Assembly (NCBI GenBank): GCA_963833575.1
Contig: CAWHXY010000005.1
Span: forward strand, 32,001 to 96,000
Reading direction: 5' to 3'
Origin: Candidatus Bathyarchaeota archaeon
GTDB lineage: Archaea > Thermoproteota > Bathyarchaeia > Bathyarchaeales > Bathycorpusculaceae
Length of the DNA stretch: 64,000 bases
Of this stretch, positions 40,401 through 50,038 are shown piece by piece (position 1 is the stretch's first letter; each line of letters opens with the position of its first letter). The position numbers and the translations under genes are program-made. The notes below the pieces were generated by a model, which worked only from the letters and a program-made list of their open reading frames with translations, was not told the origin of the DNA and ran no database searches.

Positions 40401-40555
40401 ACATTAACAAAACTGGAACATATACTGTAACTTTGGAATTCACGCCTCAAAACCTCTTTTATGCAGGAGCTGCAATATCGGTTGCTTCTCTAATAGTCTG
40501 TACTTTATTCATTAGCAAAAATAAAATAAAAGAAATCTACCAAAAATATTTTTAA
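37409..40555 (+). CDS. Large membrane protein, probable GT-C glycosyltransferase (DUF3367/YfhO-like) with long extracellular region
   Basis: ~12 N-terminal TMs incl. ALFYMFNPY; LNVKY-like MNVKYILVHND; C-terminal FSDSYDNGW...ANGYANGW plus final TM. Confidence 0.65.
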   Translation: MDVAQFKLSLYSHKIAIFSVLVILIAGLISISWFQGSFLINGIDRSFPPNRTVFFVRSFYIWDIFQLGGESARTTASFFPANLYLLISEVAGLSIVTAEKLWFYLLFSSAGLSMYFLTTTAIVGKYRHLAGLVSALFYMFNPYTIIAVVPQMWLYIIFLPLILGMFVKGLKEKRGLKYILLMSLIWTLTTSSDYVNPKNLLFDVLPLLLFLIFYFILNRNIPEMKRSLRFAGSLLIVFCALNAFWILPTISTIKSVIASPLNAYAVIGTSRLSNYALASAPLSGSFRLLGFWSLNAEYKGFPYAYWAPAYNSALFIAIGFLIPIITFGFLLRKPKSQKRLFFAILAVLGLFVMVGATPPLGWINEFIVTHVPLAVDVFSNPYLFGGMYVALSFAFLFGCFVSDLCCSKWVVNKVSIFRNQSFKYILTALIIFLIIGLYAFPLWNANVIYPGNEVMASNRYSIPNYYYDAKSWLSTDSSDFRIFPLPYSILGYGAYNWPPEGFNGPDPTESLLGRPLLAGLTGQGLGLAAAQYLINGSDYNIAKLLALMNVKYILVHNDADLTYLSGSNWYVSATPEQIRSILNNQTGFSFEKSFGELDFYKNNYWQPMKVYTASTSVLSDGNLDQLLQIVGRNDFIYNDSVVSLSNQLDAQQISTLPMNTVLVQNPDLNLNYSPISDVQNNSRLVYILSPHPVTAARYYSSWKEVVSTNGTGDPGMIVFSSPMQCPYLSAFPMSFTNWSSYDSTLIYIINSSPLTINSVIADGASVTGTAWWQTGTSWITGWPITIPSNQNAVIQVSQRASNITLQTDIGPITISVSDGWTSPLTIKNPDEIPTTIVTPNASDYLLAIKVATGYGYGNLSVRIDEQSFNVNLNSEEQGPVYTYKYIGPVFLAAGSHEIAPSEGNVSTPQSDSMLLYSLKNDDSFVNVDSLLSSNQRNSASVTYEEINPTQYTVHVNSSQPFYLVFSDSYDNGWVASINGQRISSLYHFTANGYANGWYINKTGTYTVTLEFTPQNLFYAGAAISVASLIVCTLFISKNKIKEIYQKYF

Positions 40556-40572
40556 AAAATCAAAGTCAGCAA

Positions 40573-41586
40573 TTAATTGCTATTTATTGAAAACCATGCT
40601 ATTGTTCTCTTTATTCCTTCTTCCAAGTTTACGTTCGGGGTCCAACAAACTAGTTTTTCTATCTTGCTTATGTTTGGGCTGCGCCTTTTAGGGTCGTCTT
40701 TTGGGAGTGGCTGAAATTCCAAGGGTGATTTGCATTTTGTGCTTTCCTTAATTTTCTTTGCTAACTCGAGTATTGTAACTTCTTGAGTGTTGCCTAAGTT
40801 TACAACTTCTCCTCTGGCTTTCGAGCTCATCATCATCAACATTAATCCTATTACAGTGTCTGTTATGTAGCAGAATGATCGTGTTTGTTTTCCATCACCG
40901 TAGACAGTTATTGGTTTATTATTTAATCCCTGTAAAATAAAGCGTGACATGGCTCTGCCATACAAGCCGTCTTCTCGTAGTCGTGGTCCATATGAATTGA
41001 AGATTCTAGCTATTTTAACGTCCAATCCAAATTGTTTGTTGTAAGCCATTAGCAACGCTTCGGCAAAACGTTTTCCTTCATCATAACAAGATCTCGGTCC
41101 GATGGGGTTTACTTTGCCCCAATAACTCTCAGGCGTAGGAATAACTTCTGTATCACCATAAACTTCTGAAGTTGACGCAAACAATAATGAGGCATCATTT
41201 TTCCTTGCCAATTCAGCTATGCGAAAACTGCCTAAAGCACTAGTTTGCAAAGTCTCAATCGGATGAGCTTGATACTCGTCAGGAGACGCATGCCCAGCCA
41301 TATGGAAAATGAAATCAAATTTTTCTTTGGTGTTAAAAGCGCAAACATCAGATTTCAAAAACTTAAAAGACGAGTTTTTTGTTAGGTGAGCAATGTTTTT
41401 CTTTCTCCCAGTGGATAAGTCATCTAAAGCTGTCACAAGAGCATCAAATCCGATTAATACATCGCAAACCCAGCTGCCAATAAACCCTGCGCCGCCAGTC
41501 ACAAGCACTCTCTTCCCGGCAAAAGCATTTCCATTAACCGCATCTTTTATTTTTTCAAGATCTTCGTTGATTATCTTGTCAATCAT
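40573..41586 (-). CDS. UDP-glucuronate decarboxylase (UDP-xylose synthase)-family NAD-dependent epimerase/dehydratase
   Basis: GGAGFIGS, ASP..Y, ASTSEVYGD, YWGKVNPIGPRSCYDEGKR, QTRSFCY, DDPKRR. Confidence 0.88.
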   Translation of the reverse strand: MIDKIINEDLEKIKDAVNGNAFAGKRVLVTGGAGFIGSWVCDVLIGFDALVTALDDLSTGRKKNIAHLTKNSSFKFLKSDVCAFNTKEKFDFIFHMAGHASPDEYQAHPIETLQTSALGSFRIAELARKNDASLLFASTSEVYGDTEVIPTPESYWGKVNPIGPRSCYDEGKRFAEALLMAYNKQFGLDVKIARIFNSYGPRLREDGLYGRAMSRFILQGLNNKPITVYGDGKQTRSFCYITDTVIGLMLMMMSSKARGEVVNLGNTQEVTILELAKKIKESTKCKSPLEFQPLPKDDPKRRSPNISKIEKLVCWTPNVNLEEGIKRTIAWFSINSN

Positions 41587-42454
41587 GTTTTTTGTCTCTC
41601 TTGCAAAACTGTTTGTGTGATAATTCTAGGGCTTCCCAATATCGTTCAGGGCTGCCAATATCTAAATGCGTGTAGCTCTTATCCAATTTTATAGCATAAA
41701 CCTTAAGTCCCTTCTCGACAAGCTTTTGGATTGCATCAGTTAACTGGATTTCCCCGTTTATTCCAATTTTTGTCTGATCTAAAGCTCTAAAGATATCATG
41801 ACGAAAAACATACATAGCCATAATTGCTAAATGTGTCTTGGGCTTTTCAGGTTTCTCAACCAAGTTTCTAACTTTTATTATTCCAGGTTCTATCTCATTT
41901 CCTTCGACTATGCCATATTGTCTAGGGTTATCTATATCCAAAACAAGAAATGCAGCATCTGCTTTCAATCGACCAAAAGCTTTAAGCAACTTCTTTAAGT
42001 AATCCATGTCTTTTGATATTATTACGCTGTCTCCAGCATGTACTAGGCAGCTTTCATTTTGTATGAAAGGTTGAGCCATTAAAACAGCGTTTCCAAACCC
42101 TTTGGGTTCCGGTTGATTGACCCACATAATCGTCGAAGTTCCAAGTTTTTCGTAAAAATCCTCCAAATCTGATGCTTGACCATTTTTTCCCATTCCCTCA
42201 AGGGCTCTAATACAATTCACATCGGGGGTGAAATGGTCTTCTATACCTCGTTTCCCTCTGCCAACAACGTAACAGAACTCGCGAAGCCCAGCATCATATA
42301 ATTGCTCAAAAACCACTTGAACAACAGGTTTCACCGCTATGTCACCGTCGACGGTTTTTGAAAAAATCGGAAGCATTTCTTTTGGTTGCTCTTTAGTGGC
42401 TGGAAATAAACGTGTTCCCAAACCTGCGGCTGGAATAATGACCTTGCGGATCAC
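41579..42454 (-). CDS. galU: UTP--glucose-1-phosphate uridylyltransferase
   Basis: VIIPAAGLGTRLFPATKEQPKEMLP, IEDHF, PKGFG, VEKP, GEIQLTDAI. Confidence 0.82.
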   Translation of the reverse strand: MIRKVIIPAAGLGTRLFPATKEQPKEMLPIFSKTVDGDIAVKPVVQVVFEQLYDAGLREFCYVVGRGKRGIEDHFTPDVNCIRALEGMGKNGQASDLEDFYEKLGTSTIMWVNQPEPKGFGNAVLMAQPFIQNESCLVHAGDSVIISKDMDYLKKLLKAFGRLKADAAFLVLDIDNPRQYGIVEGNEIEPGIIKVRNLVEKPEKPKTHLAIMAMYVFRHDIFRALDQTKIGINGEIQLTDAIQKLVEKGLKVYAIKLDKSYTHLDIGSPERYWEALELSHKQFCKRDKKHD

Positions 42455-42570
42455 TTGATACCCTCTTTTTTATCCTATCCTTAGCGCAATTATACTAATG
42501 AAGCTTTACAGAAACGAAGATGTTATATGTAGCATTCGCTCGTAAAATGAGCTATTCCAATGTTTGGTGA

Positions 42571-43920
42571 ATGCTGATGGTAAAAAAGCCAAAAATCTCC
42601 GTTGTAGGCGTTGGCTACGTTGGTTTATGTACAGCTGTTGGATTTGCCAGCAAAGGATACGCTGTTATTTCTTCAGACATTGACGCCGAGAAAGTGGCGA
42701 AAATTAAAGAAGGTATCCCTCCGTTTCATGAGCCATGTTTGCCAGAAATGCTAAGGCAAACCATTGAGAATGGCAACTTAAAATGTTTAACTAATCAGAC
42801 GCAGAACGCGGTTCTTGAGACAGATATCACCTACATAGCAGTTGGAACCCCTAGTAAACCAGACGGCAGCATAGATCTCCAGTTCATCGAAACGGTGTCG
42901 AGCGATATCGGAAAAGCTCTTAGCCAGAAAAGAAACTACCATGTGGTTGTAGTAAAAAGTACAGTAGTTCCCGGTACCACGCAGAATACTGTTAATCCAA
43001 ATTTGGAAAAGCAATCCAAAAAAAAATGCGGCGAAGACTTCGGTTTATGTATGAACCCAGAGTTTCTCCGTCAAGGTAGCGCTTTCCAAGACACCTTCAA
43101 TGCTGACCGTGTGGTCATAGGTTCCTTTGACCAAAAATCAGGCGACGCAATAGAAGCACTATACAAAGGATTCTACTACCCGAAATTGCCTCCGATCATC
43201 AGAACCAGCCTGGCGACGGCCGAACTTATAAAATACGCCAGCAACGCTATGCTTGCAACAAAAATCAGCTTCATCAACACAATAGCCAATATATGTGAAA
43301 AAATCCCTGGTGCAGACGTCAAAACCGTTGCTACAGCCATGGGGTTAGACAAACGTATCGGGCCGCTTTTCTTAGATGCTGGATTAGGATATGGTGGATC
43401 ATGTTTTCCAAAAGATGTTAAAGCGCTGATTGCTTGCTCAAAAGCCTTTGGCTATGCTCCTGAGATTTTAGAATCCGTTGAAAACCTAAACCATACACAA
43501 CCTCTCAAAGCTGTTGAGTTCTGTAGACAACAACTAGGTAAACTGTCAGGCAAAAACATAGCTATCTTGGGTTTAGCTTTTAAACCTGATACGGATGACA
43601 TGCGAGAAGCACGTGTTATTCCAATAGTAAACCAGCTATTACTGGAAGGCGCTAACATAACGGCATATGATCCAGTCACAGTGAACATGGCAAAATCCAT
43701 TTTCCAAAACAAAATCCAATATGCGCCCTCGGCAATTAGCTGTCTCAAAAATGCAGATGCCGCCATACTCGTGACACAATGGGAAGAATTCAAAAAGCTC
43801 AGTCCCGATGACTTCATAAAAAACATGAAACACCCTGTACTTATAGATGGTAGACGTATCTACAACCCTGAAATTTACAGCCAAAAACTCAACTTTACAG
43901 CAATAGGATTGGGCAAATAA
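42571..43920 (+). CDS. ugd: UDP-glucose/GDP-mannose dehydrogenase family (UDP-glucose 6-dehydrogenase)
   Basis: GVGYVG, AVGTP, KSTVVPGT, NPEFLRQG, KYASN, GYGGSCFPKD, FKPDTDDMRE. Confidence 0.9.
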   Translation: MLMVKKPKISVVGVGYVGLCTAVGFASKGYAVISSDIDAEKVAKIKEGIPPFHEPCLPEMLRQTIENGNLKCLTNQTQNAVLETDITYIAVGTPSKPDGSIDLQFIETVSSDIGKALSQKRNYHVVVVKSTVVPGTTQNTVNPNLEKQSKKKCGEDFGLCMNPEFLRQGSAFQDTFNADRVVIGSFDQKSGDAIEALYKGFYYPKLPPIIRTSLATAELIKYASNAMLATKISFINTIANICEKIPGADVKTVATAMGLDKRIGPLFLDAGLGYGGSCFPKDVKALIACSKAFGYAPEILESVENLNHTQPLKAVEFCRQQLGKLSGKNIAILGLAFKPDTDDMREARVIPIVNQLLLEGANITAYDPVTVNMAKSIFQNKIQYAPSAISCLKNADAAILVTQWEEFKKLSPDDFIKNMKHPVLIDGRRIYNPEIYSQKLNFTAIGLGK

Positions 43921-44009
43921 GCTTTATTAACCCATAGTACCAAAAGCGATAAACGCCACTATACAAACAACACTTAACTTGAAATCCAAAAGCAAACCAG
44001 GAAACAACG

Positions 44010-45602
44010 ATGAGCAAAACTGCAGAGATGGCAAGAGTTTCAGCTAAAGGCGGTTTCCACCTCCTATGGGGATTAGTAGTCTCAACGCTCATTTCAGCTG
44101 TAGGAACAATAATTATCGCTCGACTTTTAGGTGCAGATAACTATGGTTTATATACAGTTGCACTTGCTGCTCCAAACTTAATTTCTACTTTTCGTGACTG
44201 GGGAATAAACGTTGCGATGGTAAAATATTCCGCGCAACACAACAGCGAAAACAACATCACTAAGATAAGAAGTGTTTTTGTTTCTGGATTACTGTTCGAG
44301 ATAATTTTGGGCTTAGCGCTCTCCATCGTTTCTTTTGCCCTATCTGGATTTTTGGCTACGAACTTGAATCGTCCAGCTATTGCACCCCTAATTCAAATAG
44401 CTTCTTTTTTTATCTTGGCAAGTGCACTCGTTAACGCGGCAACTGCAGCTTTCACTGGCATGGAAACAATGCATCTAAACAGCATCTTGTTGATAGTTCA
44501 ATCTATAGCTAAAACTGCACTAATCCTCACTCTTGTACTGTTAGGTTTAGGCACGCTGGGAGCAGTTACGGGCTTCACAATTGCCGTTGTAGTAGCAGGA
44601 TTAACTGGAGTGTTTTTAATGTGGACCATATACAAATCCTTACCTAAACCTGACGAGAGCAAACTAGAAATCATAGCAACAATCAAAACCATGTTCAAAT
44701 ATGGTTTACCCATATCGATAGGCACAATTCTTATAGGGTTTTTAACTCAATTCTACAGTTACATTTTGGCATTTTTCGTATCAAACAACGCCGCTATTGG
44801 TAATTATTCCGTAGCGATAAATTTCGTTGTTTTGATTACTTTTTTTGCTACCCCTGTAACAACAATGCTTTTTCCAGCATTCTCCAAGTTGGATGCTCAA
44901 AAAGATAAAGCTCTTTTTGGAAATATCTTTCAATATTCTGTAAAATATGCTTCTTTTGTTGTTGTGCCAGTTGCAGCTATGGTTATGGCTCTTGCACAGC
45001 CGGCAATAAGTACCATATTCCAAGATAAGTACGCTCAAGCGCCATTGTTTTTAGCTTTGTTGTCAGTCACGTATCTTTATACCGCATTTGGCAGTTTAAG
45101 TGTGGGTAATTTGATAAATGGTCAGGGTTATACAACATTCAACTTGAAAGTCTCTATTCTCACAATCGCTGTTGGTTTTCCATTGAGTTTCATTCTAATA
45201 TCTAACTTTGGCGTCATTGGCCTAATCGTTACCTCATTGACAGTGAGTCTTCCAGGCTTATTTATCAGTCTACGGTTCATCAAACAACGTTTCGGAGTCA
45301 CGGTAGATTGGGGTTCTTCAGGGAAAATTCTATTTTCTTCTGCAGTAGCTGCTCTTTCGACTTATATTTTGGTTTCTCGGCTTCCTTTTTCCAGTCTGAT
45401 AAGTTTAATTATCGGTGCAATTGTTTTCATCATTATTCTTATCTTTGTTGCACTGGTTACTCGAACCGTTAACAGTGCTGACATTAATAATCTCCGAGAC
45501 ATAGCAAATGGACTTGGGTACCTGCGAGGACCGTTGAATTTCGTAATTAGTTTACTTGAGAAATTAATGAAAACGTTGCAGCTTAAGAAAAAGACTGATT
45601 GA
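44010..45602 (+). CDS. Oligosaccharide flippase (Wzx/MOP family)
   Basis: ARLLGADNYGLY, GNYSVA, LFPAFS, ~14 TMs. Confidence 0.88.
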   Translation: MSKTAEMARVSAKGGFHLLWGLVVSTLISAVGTIIIARLLGADNYGLYTVALAAPNLISTFRDWGINVAMVKYSAQHNSENNITKIRSVFVSGLLFEIILGLALSIVSFALSGFLATNLNRPAIAPLIQIASFFILASALVNAATAAFTGMETMHLNSILLIVQSIAKTALILTLVLLGLGTLGAVTGFTIAVVVAGLTGVFLMWTIYKSLPKPDESKLEIIATIKTMFKYGLPISIGTILIGFLTQFYSYILAFFVSNNAAIGNYSVAINFVVLITFFATPVTTMLFPAFSKLDAQKDKALFGNIFQYSVKYASFVVVPVAAMVMALAQPAISTIFQDKYAQAPLFLALLSVTYLYTAFGSLSVGNLINGQGYTTFNLKVSILTIAVGFPLSFILISNFGVIGLIVTSLTVSLPGLFISLRFIKQRFGVTVDWGSSGKILFSSAVAALSTYILVSRLPFSSLISLIIGAIVFIIILIFVALVTRTVNSADINNLRDIANGLGYLRGPLNFVISLLEKLMKTLQLKKKTD

Positions 45603-45626
45603 CTCTACCGACTAACAATCAATTTT

Positions 45627-45836
45627 TTATGAAAGAATCAAATTCTGTTCGGTATTATTCGAAAATGAATCATTTTTATTAGTTTGGAGTAATGCTCTGT
45701 ACTTACCGCAGTATTCTCCCCCGACGTGTGTGCATGTATAGCTTGCGTATGAGTAAAGGGCGCAGGAATGATTGAATTTGCATTGTTTTTCTCGAATAAT
45801 GATAGATGGCAGGTCCTTAGGATTGAATATTTTCAT
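45627..45836 (-). CDS. Small Cys-containing hypothetical protein
   Basis: MKIFN...CKFNHSCALYSYASYTCTHVGGEYCGKYR. Confidence 0.45.
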   Translation of the reverse strand: MKIFNPKDLPSIIIREKQCKFNHSCALYSYASYTCTHVGGEYCGKYRALLQTNKNDSFSNNTEQNLILS

Positions 45837-45999
45837 CTCATATCTCAACTCAAAAACAATCAAGTAATTGTTATTCATGTTATTGTTAATAGAAATATGT
45901 GGTTGTATCAATACAGCAACTACAAAAATTTATCAGAAAAACTAAGTTCAAAATCGCAAATCATAATAAAAACTATGACCTACATAGTTAGGGATTGAC

Positions 46000-47058
46000 A
46001 TGAAAGCACTTGTTCTTAGCGGTGGTAAAGGCACTAGGCTTAGACCTTTAACTTTCACATGCGCCAAACAATTAATTCCAGTAGCTAACAAGCCTATTTT
46101 GGGGTATGTGCTTGATCAGGTAGCCTCGACAAATGTTAAAAAAGTCGGCATCATTACTGCACCTGAAACAGGACAATTTGTGAAAGATTACGTTAAAGAT
46201 GGGTCAAACTGGAATTTTCAAGTTGATTATATTCCTCAAGAGCCTCTTGGACTAGCACATGCTGTAAAGACTGCAAAGCGATTCTTAGGACAAGATTCTT
46301 TTGTCATGTGCTTAGGCGACAACGTTACTGGTCAAGGTTTAAAGGGCTTTGTGAAGAAATTCAAAAATGAGCATCTTGATGCCCTGATTATTCTTAAAGA
46401 AGTGGAGAATCCGTCAAGTTTTGGTATAGCTCAACTAGATGAAAAAGGTAACATTATCCGGTTGGTCGAGAAGCCTAAGATCCATATGGGTAATCTTGCT
46501 ATCATTGGCACTTACCTTTTTTCAAACAAAGTTCATCAAGCCATTGAAAAGATAAAACCGTCTGGGCGAGGAGAACTGGAAATTACTGATGCTATTCAAG
46601 AAATGATTGACATGGGCTTTTCAGTTAAAGCAGAAATTCTGAATTCTTGGTGGCTTGACACAGGAAAAAAAGATGATATTCTATCAGCTAACGCCAAAAT
46701 ATTGGACACCTATATCAAATATGAAGTAAAGGGGAAGGTTACAAATAGCGTTTTAGACGGTAGAGTTCATGTGGAGCCTGATGCAAAAATAGTTAATAGT
46801 ACAATTAGAGGACCATGTATTATTGGAAAAAATGTTTCTATTGAAAACTCTTTTATTGGTCCATTTACGAGCGTTGGCGATTGTTCAGCAATTGTTAATT
46901 CTAATGTTGAATATTGTGTTATCCAAGAAAACGTTACTATCAAAGATGTGGAGCGTCTAGAAGAGAGTCTAATTGGTAAAAACGCTAAGGTTACAAGAAA
47001 CCAAAGAAACAGAACCATCCGATTACATATAGGTGATTTCTCAGAAGTGGAAGTTTAA
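46000..47058 (+). CDS. rmlA: Glucose-1-phosphate thymidylyltransferase (long form)
   Basis: LSGGKGTRLRPLT..AKQLIPVANKP, GLAHAV, LGDN, RGELEITDA, WWLDTG; C-terminal beta-helix. Confidence 0.9.
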   Translation: MKALVLSGGKGTRLRPLTFTCAKQLIPVANKPILGYVLDQVASTNVKKVGIITAPETGQFVKDYVKDGSNWNFQVDYIPQEPLGLAHAVKTAKRFLGQDSFVMCLGDNVTGQGLKGFVKKFKNEHLDALIILKEVENPSSFGIAQLDEKGNIIRLVEKPKIHMGNLAIIGTYLFSNKVHQAIEKIKPSGRGELEITDAIQEMIDMGFSVKAEILNSWWLDTGKKDDILSANAKILDTYIKYEVKGKVTNSVLDGRVHVEPDAKIVNSTIRGPCIIGKNVSIENSFIGPFTSVGDCSAIVNSNVEYCVIQENVTIKDVERLEESLIGKNAKVTRNQRNRTIRLHIGDFSEVEV

Positions 47059-47121
47059 CCTTAGTATAACAACTATTATAAATATTTTTAAAATATATAT
47101 TAGCGAGAAAGCAAGGGGATA

Positions 47122-47628
47122 TTGATGTTACAAGGGATAAAAATTAGGTCAATTAATCGGTTACCTGACGAAAGAGGCTTTTTCTGCGAAGTAATGCGCA
47201 AAGACTGGAAAGATCTTTTCGCAGAAGATACCGTGGCACAATCTAATTTCTCATTTACTTATCCAAACATTATTCGAGCGTGGCATAGGCATCTTAAAGG
47301 TCAAGTAGACTATTTTTTGGCTTTAAGAGGATCGATAAAAATCGGCGTATTTGACGATAAAACAGAGGAATTGGATGAAGTCATTTCAAGTGCATTAAAC
47401 TTGCAGATTGTACGTGTTCCAGGTCATTATTGGCATGGCTTTAAATCTCTTGGAGATGAACCAGCAATGCTTCTTTACTTCACAACTAATTTATATGATC
47501 CTTCCCATCCTGATGAAGAACGCCGACCGTGGAATGATCAAACACTTATCCCTAAAATTGTAAACGGAAAGAAAGATGATGCACGTGTTGGTAAACCTTG
47601 GGATTGGAATTATCCTCCTAATAAGTGA
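47122..47628 (+). CDS. rmlC: dTDP-4-dehydrorhamnose 3,5-epimerase family
   Basis: DERGFF, RAWHRH, VPGHYWHGF. Confidence 0.88.
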   Translation: MMLQGIKIRSINRLPDERGFFCEVMRKDWKDLFAEDTVAQSNFSFTYPNIIRAWHRHLKGQVDYFLALRGSIKIGVFDDKTEELDEVISSALNLQIVRVPGHYWHGFKSLGDEPAMLLYFTTNLYDPSHPDEERRPWNDQTLIPKIVNGKKDDARVGKPWDWNYPPNK

Positions 47629-47634
47629 TGAATT

Positions 47635-48645
47635 ATGAAACTGTTAGTTACTGGTGGTTTAGGTTTTATCGGAAGCAACTTTTGTAGGTACATGCTTGCA
47701 AACAATCCTGATTATGAATTGATAAATGTGGACAAAATAGGAATAGGTGCTAACCCGGCTAATCTTCATGACATTGAAAATGACAAAAGATACACTTTCA
47801 TTAAAGGTGACATTTGTAATCCACAGCTTATGAATAGGCTAATTCACCAAGTGGATGCTGTTGTAAACATCGCGGCGGAAACTCATGTTGACAGGAGCAT
47901 TGCAGATCCCTTTGTGTTTTTGCAGAATAATACTCTTGGTACTTTTACTATTTTAGAAGCTATTCGTAAGCATAACCATAAGGCGAGGCTTTTGCAGGTT
48001 TCTACTGACGAGGTTTACGGAGAAGCTCTTGAAGGATCTTTCACTGAGACTACTCCGCCTAAACCCTCTAATCCTTATTCAGCCTCAAAAGCCGCAGCCG
48101 ATATGTTCGTTTTGTCTTACCATAAGACTTTTGGTTTGAACGTCTCAATCACTCGCTGCACCAATAATTTTGGTCCTTACCAGCTTCCAGAGAAACTTAT
48201 CCCAAAAACTATTATCCGAGGGCTCCGCGATCTCCCAATACCTATCTATGGCTCTGGACAAAACATTCGCGATTGGATATATGTTCAAGATCATTGCGAA
48301 GCAATCGCAACAGTTCTCAAGAACGGTAATGCTGGAGAAATATACAATGTTTCGGCTGGAAACGAAATTCCAAACATTGAAATCGCCAGAAAAATCATTG
48401 CATTACTGCATAAACCTGAGAGCTTGATTACTTTTGTTGAAGATCGCCCAGGACACGATACTCGGTACAGTTTGGATTCTTCAAAAATAAAGTCTAATTT
48501 GGGTTGGCAAACAAAATTTAGTTTTGAAGAATCTTTGGAGTCAACGGTTCAATGGTATCTAAGTCATGAGCATTGGTGGACACCTTTTGCCACAGAAGTA
48601 ATTCTTCATCCAACGCCTTGGAAATTGAGTGGTGCTCTTCATTGA
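47635..48645 (+). CDS. rmlB: dTDP-glucose 4,6-dehydratase
   Basis: GGLGFIGSNF, AAETHVDRSI, STDEVYG, YSASKA, NNFGPYQ.PEKLIP, DRPGHD.RY. Confidence 0.93.
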   Translation: MKLLVTGGLGFIGSNFCRYMLANNPDYELINVDKIGIGANPANLHDIENDKRYTFIKGDICNPQLMNRLIHQVDAVVNIAAETHVDRSIADPFVFLQNNTLGTFTILEAIRKHNHKARLLQVSTDEVYGEALEGSFTETTPPKPSNPYSASKAAADMFVLSYHKTFGLNVSITRCTNNFGPYQLPEKLIPKTIIRGLRDLPIPIYGSGQNIRDWIYVQDHCEAIATVLKNGNAGEIYNVSAGNEIPNIEIARKIIALLHKPESLITFVEDRPGHDTRYSLDSSKIKSNLGWQTKFSFEESLESTVQWYLSHEHWWTPFATEVILHPTPWKLSGALH

Positions 48646-49532
48646 AGCTTTTAATCACCGGCGCTAGTGGCCTTTACGGATCAAAACTGGCTTCGCTTGC
48701 TGTTGAGAAAAATTTTGAGGTTTATTCTTGTGATGTTCAAGAACTACCAGTTTGTGGCAACTTTGTTAAATTTGACGTTTCAAATAAAGAGTTAGTAAAT
48801 GAAGCGTTCAAGCGGGTTAAGCCTGACGTTGTAGTTCACGCAGCTACTTTAACAGATGTCGACAAATGTGAACTCAACAAAGAGCTTGCTTGGAAAATAA
48901 ACGTTGAAGGCACAAAAAATATTGTGGATGCAGCTAAAAACGTGGGGTCATTTGTAATTTATATTTCAACAGATTACGTTTTCAACGGGGAGAAAGGCAA
49001 CTATGTGGAAAACGATGAGCCGAGCCCGATCAATTATTATGGATTAACTAAGCTTAAAGCCGAAGAACTGGTAAAAGTTCAATTGGAGTATTTTATAGCG
49101 CGGCCAAGCGTAATTTATGGTTCTACTCCGGCGGCTGGAAAGGTCAACTTTGCTCTCTGGCTTATTGAAACACTCCGAAAAGGTGAACATGTCAAGATTA
49201 TTACGGATCAGTGGAATACGCCGACGTTGAACACTAATTTAGCTGAAATGACCCTTGAAGTTATTGAACGAAAGTTAACTGGAACGTTTCATCTTTGCGG
49301 TGCCTCACGTGTTAGTCGATTTGAATTTGCACAATTAATTGCTGAAACCTTTGATTTAGATAAAACTTTGATCGATCCAGTCTTGTCTTCGAAGTTTACT
49401 TGGCCTGCTAAACGTCCTATGGACTCTTCGCTTGACACATCCAAAGCCCAACAAACACTGGCGTACAAGCCTCTGGCTATAGCTGAAGCATTGAAAAGGT
49501 TGAAGCTTGAGCTCGCCGAGAAAAAACATTAA
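48642..49532 (+). CDS. rmlD: dTDP-4-dehydrorhamnose reductase
   Basis: TTG start overlapping rmlB stop; ITGASGLYG, TDVDKCE, ISTDYVFNG, YGLTKL, KRPMDSSL. Confidence 0.9.
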   Translation: MKLLITGASGLYGSKLASLAVEKNFEVYSCDVQELPVCGNFVKFDVSNKELVNEAFKRVKPDVVVHAATLTDVDKCELNKELAWKINVEGTKNIVDAAKNVGSFVIYISTDYVFNGEKGNYVENDEPSPINYYGLTKLKAEELVKVQLEYFIARPSVIYGSTPAAGKVNFALWLIETLRKGEHVKIITDQWNTPTLNTNLAEMTLEVIERKLTGTFHLCGASRVSRFEFAQLIAETFDLDKTLIDPVLSSKFTWPAKRPMDSSLDTSKAQQTLAYKPLAIAEALKRLKLELAEKKH

Positions 49533-49659
49533 ATGTCATTTTTGACACACAAGCTTGTTCTTTTTTAACTTAAAGCAAAGTGGAAAAATTTCCCTCGCAA
49601 CATTCTTTCAAGGCCCAATCAAAAACAATTTTGAGACTATTTTCACTTTACATCTCCAT

Positions 49660-49750
49660 TGTCTAATAATGTCTAATATTGTCTCTGCTTGCAATCAATT
49701 CAAGCACTAAACCAAAAAAGCAACCCAAAACAAGCCTTGAAAAAATTGCG
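49660..49750 (+). repeat. Dispersed intergenic element, copy 6 (TGTCTAATAA-type array + core)
   Basis: tgtctaataa/tgtctaatat/tgtctct then gcttgcaa...gcactaaaccaaaaaagcaacccaaaa...aaaaaattgc. Confidence 0.78.
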
Positions 49751-49817
49751 GCAAAACAGCTTAATATAGACACCTTATTCTTCAACGCCGAGGAACTCCA
49801 CTAAGGAGGGTCTCAAA

Positions 49818-49935
49818 ATAGGGTAATTCGGGACATTTTGGGACAAATGGGGACGGTTAGGGATAATTCAGGACAAATCTAGACGCAGTCTACAAACATT
49901 TCAAAACCTAAATCAAAAAAGCAATCTAAAATGCA
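49818..49935 (+). repeat. Dispersed intergenic element, copy 7 (TNGGGACAAT-type array, ~7 units + core)
   Basis: atagggtaat/tcgggacatt/ttgggacaaa/tggggacggt/tagggataat/tcaggacaaa/tctagacgca then gtctacaaac...aaacctaaatcaaaaaagcaatc. Confidence 0.8.
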
Positions 49936-50038
49936 AACAACAAAACTGGCAACACAGATGTTGTTGTTCTTCTAATGATAATAGTCCAAAATTCATTTAC
50001 ATCAAGCTCACAAAAATCTCCGCTTAAACACAAGTATT

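Noticed and set aside
49786-49825. RNase P RNA start (GAGGAACTCC resembles GAGGAAAGTCC, near rnp4)
   Set aside because: No downstream GC-rich helices or 3' P4 consensus; the sequence runs straight into a repeat array.
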